Below are positions 60,301 through 64,000 of a stretch of 64,000 bases of DNA, one piece after another. Position numbers and translations under genes: made by a program. A model generated the notes under the pieces. The model was not told where the DNA came from. It made no database searches and worked only from the letters and a program-made list of their open reading frames with translations. Each line of letters begins with the position of its first letter. The stretch's first letter is position 1. The DNA is from the human T2T-CHM13v2.0 reference genome, Homo sapiens. Location: assembly GCF_009914755.1 (NCBI RefSeq), contig NC_060933.1, one strand, 5' to 3'.

Positions 60301-62933
60301 GGAATGGAATGGAAAGGAATAGAATGGAATCAACCCGAGTGGAATGGAATGGAAAGGACTGGAATGGAGTGGAATGCAATGGAATGGAATTAACCCGAAT
60401 AGAATGGAATGGAACGGAATGGAACGGAATGTAATGGAATGGAATGGAATGGAATAAATCCGAGTGCAGGGGAATGGAATGGAATGGAATGCAATGGAAT
60501 GGAATCATCCGGAATGGAATGGAATGGAATGGAATGGAATGGAATGGAATGGAATGGAATCAACTGGATTTCAATGGAATGGAATGGAATAGAATGGAAT
60601 GGAATTAACACGAATAGAATGGAATGGAATGGAATGAAATGGAACAGAAAGGAATGGAATGGAATGGAATGGAATCAACCCAAGTTCAGGGGAATGGAAT
60701 GGAATGGAATTCTATGGAATGGAATCATTAGAATGGAATGGAATGGAATGGAATGGAATGGAATGGAATGGAATGGAATCAACCCGAGTGCAATGGAATG
60801 GAGAGGAATGGATTGGAATGGAATGGAAACTACCCGATTGGAATGGAATGTAATGGAGTGTAAGGGAATTGAATAGAATGAATCCGAATGGAATGGAATG
60901 GAATGGAACGGAATGGAACGGAATGCAATGGAATGGAATGGAATGGAATGGAATGGAATGGAATGGAATGGTATGGAATAGTATGGAATGGAATGGAATG
61001 GTACGGAATAGAATGGAAAGGAAAGAATTGGAATGGAATGGAATCGAATGGAATGGAATGGAATGGAATGGAATCAACCCGAGTGCAGGGGAATGTAATG
61101 GAACGGAATACAATGGAATGGAATCATCCGGAATGGAATGGAAAGGAATGGAATGGAATGGAATGCAATGGAATGGAATGGAATGGAATCAACTCGATTG
61201 CAATCGAATGGAATGGAATGGAATTAACCCGAATAGAATGGAATGGAATGGAATGGAACGGAACGGAATTGAATGGAATGGAATGGAATGGAACGGAAAG
61301 GAATGGAATGGAATGGAATGGAAAGGAATGGAATGGAATCAACGCGAGTGCAAGGGAATGGAATGGAATCGAATAGAATGGAATGGAATGGAATTAACCC
61401 GAATAGAATGGAATGGAATGGAATGGAACGGAACGGAATTGAATGGAATGGAATGGAATGGAACGGAAAGGAAAGGAATGGAATGGAATGGAATGGAATG
61501 GAATGGAATGGAATCAACTCGATTGCAATCGAATGGAATGGAATGGAATTAACCCGAATAGAATGGAATGGAATGGAATGGAATGGAACGGAACGGAATG
61601 GAATGGAATGGAATGGAATGGAATGGAATGCAATGGAATGGAATCATCAGTAATGGAATGGAAAGGAATGGAATGGAATGGAATTGAATGGAATGAAATC
61701 GATTGCAATCGAATGCAATGGAATGGAATTAACCCGAATAGAGTGGAATGGAATGGAATGGAATAGAACGAAACGGAATGGAATGGAATGGAATGGAATG
61801 GAAAGGAACGGAACGGAAAGGAACGGAACGGAATGGAATGGAATGGAATGGAATGGAATGCAATGGAATCAACACGAGTGCAGGGGAATGGAATGGAATG
61901 GAATGCAATGGAATGGAATCTTCCGGAATGGAATGGAATGGAATGGAATGGAATGGAATTGAATGCAGTGGATTCAACTCGATTGCAATGGAATGGAATA
62001 GAATGGAATGGAATGGAATGGAATGGAATGGAGTTAACACTAATAGAATGGAATGGAATGGAATGGAACGGAACGGAATGGAATGGAATGGAATGGAATG
62101 GAATGGTATGGAATGGAATGGAATGGTACGGAATAGAATGGAATGGAACGAATTGGGATGGAATGGAATCGAATGGAATGGAATGGAATGGAATGGAATC
62201 AACGCGAGTGCAGGGGAATGTAATAGAACGGAATGCAATGGAATGGAATCATCCGGAATGGAATGGAATGGAATGGAATGGAATGGAATCAACCCGAGTG
62301 CAATGGAATGGAGTGGAATGGAATGGAATGGAATGGAACAACCCGAATGGAATGGAAAGTAATGGAGAGTAAGGGAGTTGAATAGAATCAATCCGAATGG
62401 AATGGAATGGAATGGAACGGAATGGAATGGAATGGAATGGAATGGAATGCAATGGAATGGAATCAACCCGAGTATAATGGAATGGAATGGAATGGAATGG
62501 AATGGAATGGAATTGAATGGAATGGAATGGCTTCAAACCGAATGGAATGGAAAGGAATGGAATCAAGACGAGTGGAATGGAATGGAATGGAATGGAATGG
62601 AATGGAATGGAATGGTACGGAATAGAATGGAATGGAACGAAATGGAATGGAATGGAATGGAATGGAATCGTTCCGAGTGGAATAGGAGGGAATGTAATCG
62701 AGTGGAATGGAAAGGAATGGAATCAACCAGAGTGGAATGGAAAGGAATGGAATGGAATGGAATGGAATGGAATGGAATGGAATGGAATGGAATGGAATGG
62801 AATCGTTCCGAGTGGAATAGGAGGGAATGTATTCGAGTGGAATGGAAAGGAGTGGAATCAACCAGAGTGGAATGGAAGGGAATGGAATGGAATGGAAACT
62901 AATAGAATGGAATCAACCCGAGTGGAATGGAAT
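51310..62933 (+). repeat. Near-perfect higher-order tandem array, 3 x about 3.88 kb
   Basis: Identical ORF sets recur at offsets 3877/3882/3872 (51361, 55238, 59120; 54624, 58506, 62378). Markers GAGTTTAGGGG, CAGCCCGACTGTAGGGG, CAAGCTGATGC, GGTACGCATTAG, CATTAGAAT and CAAGACGAGT each occur three times. Confidence 0.95.
54920..55130 (+). repeat. Internal 120-bp duplication of the CGTTCCGAGTGGAATAGGAGGG module within the 3.88-kb unit
   Basis: The module starts at 54920 and 55040, also at 58802/58922 (120 bp) and 62669/62804 (135 bp). Elsewhere in the window it occurs singly. Confidence 0.88.
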
Positions 62934-64000
62934 GCAAAGGAATGGAATGGAATGGAATGGAATGGAATGGAATCAACTCGATTGTAATGGAATGGAATGG
63001 AATGGAATGGAATGGAATGGAGTGGAATGGAATTAACCCGAATACAATGGAATGGAATGGAATGGAACGGAATGGAGTGGAATGGAATTGAATCAACCCG
63101 AGGGCAGGGGAATGGAATGGAATGGAATGCAATGGAATGGAATCATCCGGAATGGAATGGAATGGAATGGAATGCAATGCAATGGAATCAACTCGATTGC
63201 AATGGAATGGAATGGAAAGGAATAGAATGGAATCAACCCGAGTGGAATGGAATGGAAAGGACTGGAATGGAATGGAATGGAATGGAATCAACTCGATTGT
63301 AATGGAATGGAATGGAATGGAATGGAATGGAATTAACCCGAATAGAATGGAATGGAATGGAATGGAACGGAATGGAATAGAATGGAATGGAATGGAATGG
63401 AATGGAAAGGAATCAACCCGAGTGCAGGGGAATGGAATGGAATGGAATGCAATGGAATGGAATCATCTGGAACGGAATGGAATGGAATGGAATGGAATCA
63501 ACTCGATTGCAATGGAATGGAATGGAATGAAATGGAATGGAATGGAATGGAATGGAATGGAATGGAATGGAATGGAATGGAATGGAATGGAATGGAATTC
63601 ACCCGAATAGAATGGAATGGAATGGAATGGAATGGAATGGAATGGAAAGGAATGGAAGGGGAGGGAATGGAATGTAATCAACCCGAGTGCAGGGGAATGG
63701 AATGGAATGGAATGCAATGGAATGGAATCATCTGGAATGGAATGGAATGGAATGGAATGGAATTGAATGGAATGGAATGGAATGGAATGGAATCAACCCG
63801 ATGCAATGGAATGGAGTGGAATGGAATGGAATGGAATGGAAACATCCCGAATGGAATGGAATGTAATGGAGTGTAAGGGAATTGAATAGAATCAATCCGA
63901 ATGTAATGGAATGGAATGGAATGAAATCGAATGGAATGGAATGGAATGGAATCAACCCGAGTGTAATGGCATGGAATGGAATGGAATGGAATGGGATGGA

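Larger units (their letters stand above)
1..64000 (+). repeat. Satellite III (HSat3)-type tandem array, (GGAAT)n/(CATTC)n with interspersed CAACCCGAGT-type words
   Basis: GGAAT pentamer runs from the first to the last base in one orientation. It is regularly interrupted by CAACCCGAGT, CAACTCGATT, TTAACCCGAAT, CATCCGG and related words, the known CAACCCGA(G/A)T(GGAAT)n signature of hominid satellite III. No non-satellite sequence was seen. Confidence 0.97.

Noticed and set aside
5-63955. Hundreds of ORFs encoding MEWNG (+) and IPFHS (-) repeats, up to 364 aa (24126-25220)
   Set aside because: Pure (GGAAT)n has no stop codon in any frame on either strand and contains ATG every 5 bp. The overlapping ORFs in all frames are an arithmetic consequence, with no domain, codon or gene-structure evidence.
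1-64000. CRISPR-like appearance of conserved words separated by spacers
   Set aside because: The 'spacers' are themselves GGAAT repeats of variable length rather than unique sequences. There is no leader or cas gene, and the sequence is hominid-type satellite.
1-64000. EWS-FLI1-type GGAA microsatellite or HSat2 assignment
   Set aside because: The repeat unit is the 5-mer GGAAT, not (GGAA)n, and the CATTCGATTC/GAATCATC-dominated 23-26 bp pattern typical of HSat2 is not present.
1-64000. Assignment to a specific species, chromosome or HSat3 subfamily
   Set aside because: This needs a k-mer or alignment search that I cannot run; related CAACCCGAGT-type arrays occur on several chromosomes and in other great apes.

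Overview
The whole 64 kb window is one uninterrupted, single-orientation array of classical satellite III (HSat3)-type DNA: diverged (GGAAT)n on the + strand, punctuated by CAACCCGAGT-family words. This points to pericentromeric or acrocentric heterochromatin of human or another great ape; the chromosome cannot be assigned by eye. I see no genes, RNA genes, transposons or CRISPR arrays, and every listed ORF (MEWNG / IPFHS repeats) is a translation artefact of the pentamer. I cannot support a new protein-based system. The structure worth attention is inside the satellite. (i) A fixed vocabulary of about 15-20 non-GGAAT words recurs in a conserved order. (ii) Local duplications of different period and age sit side by side: about 7.28 kb (1-12650), 1.32 kb, 2.86 kb x2.2, 4.1 kb, 1.74 kb and a near-perfect 3.88 kb x3 (51310-62933). 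(iii) A recurring word, GGAAT-CTTCC-GGAAT, is a perfect three-unit heat-shock element in a background of TEAD/MCAT-type GGAATG motifs. (iv) A short island near 43.9-44.2 kb uses a different word set. All alignments were done by eye from diagnostic variants and ORF-track offsets, so block boundaries are approximate (tens of bp).
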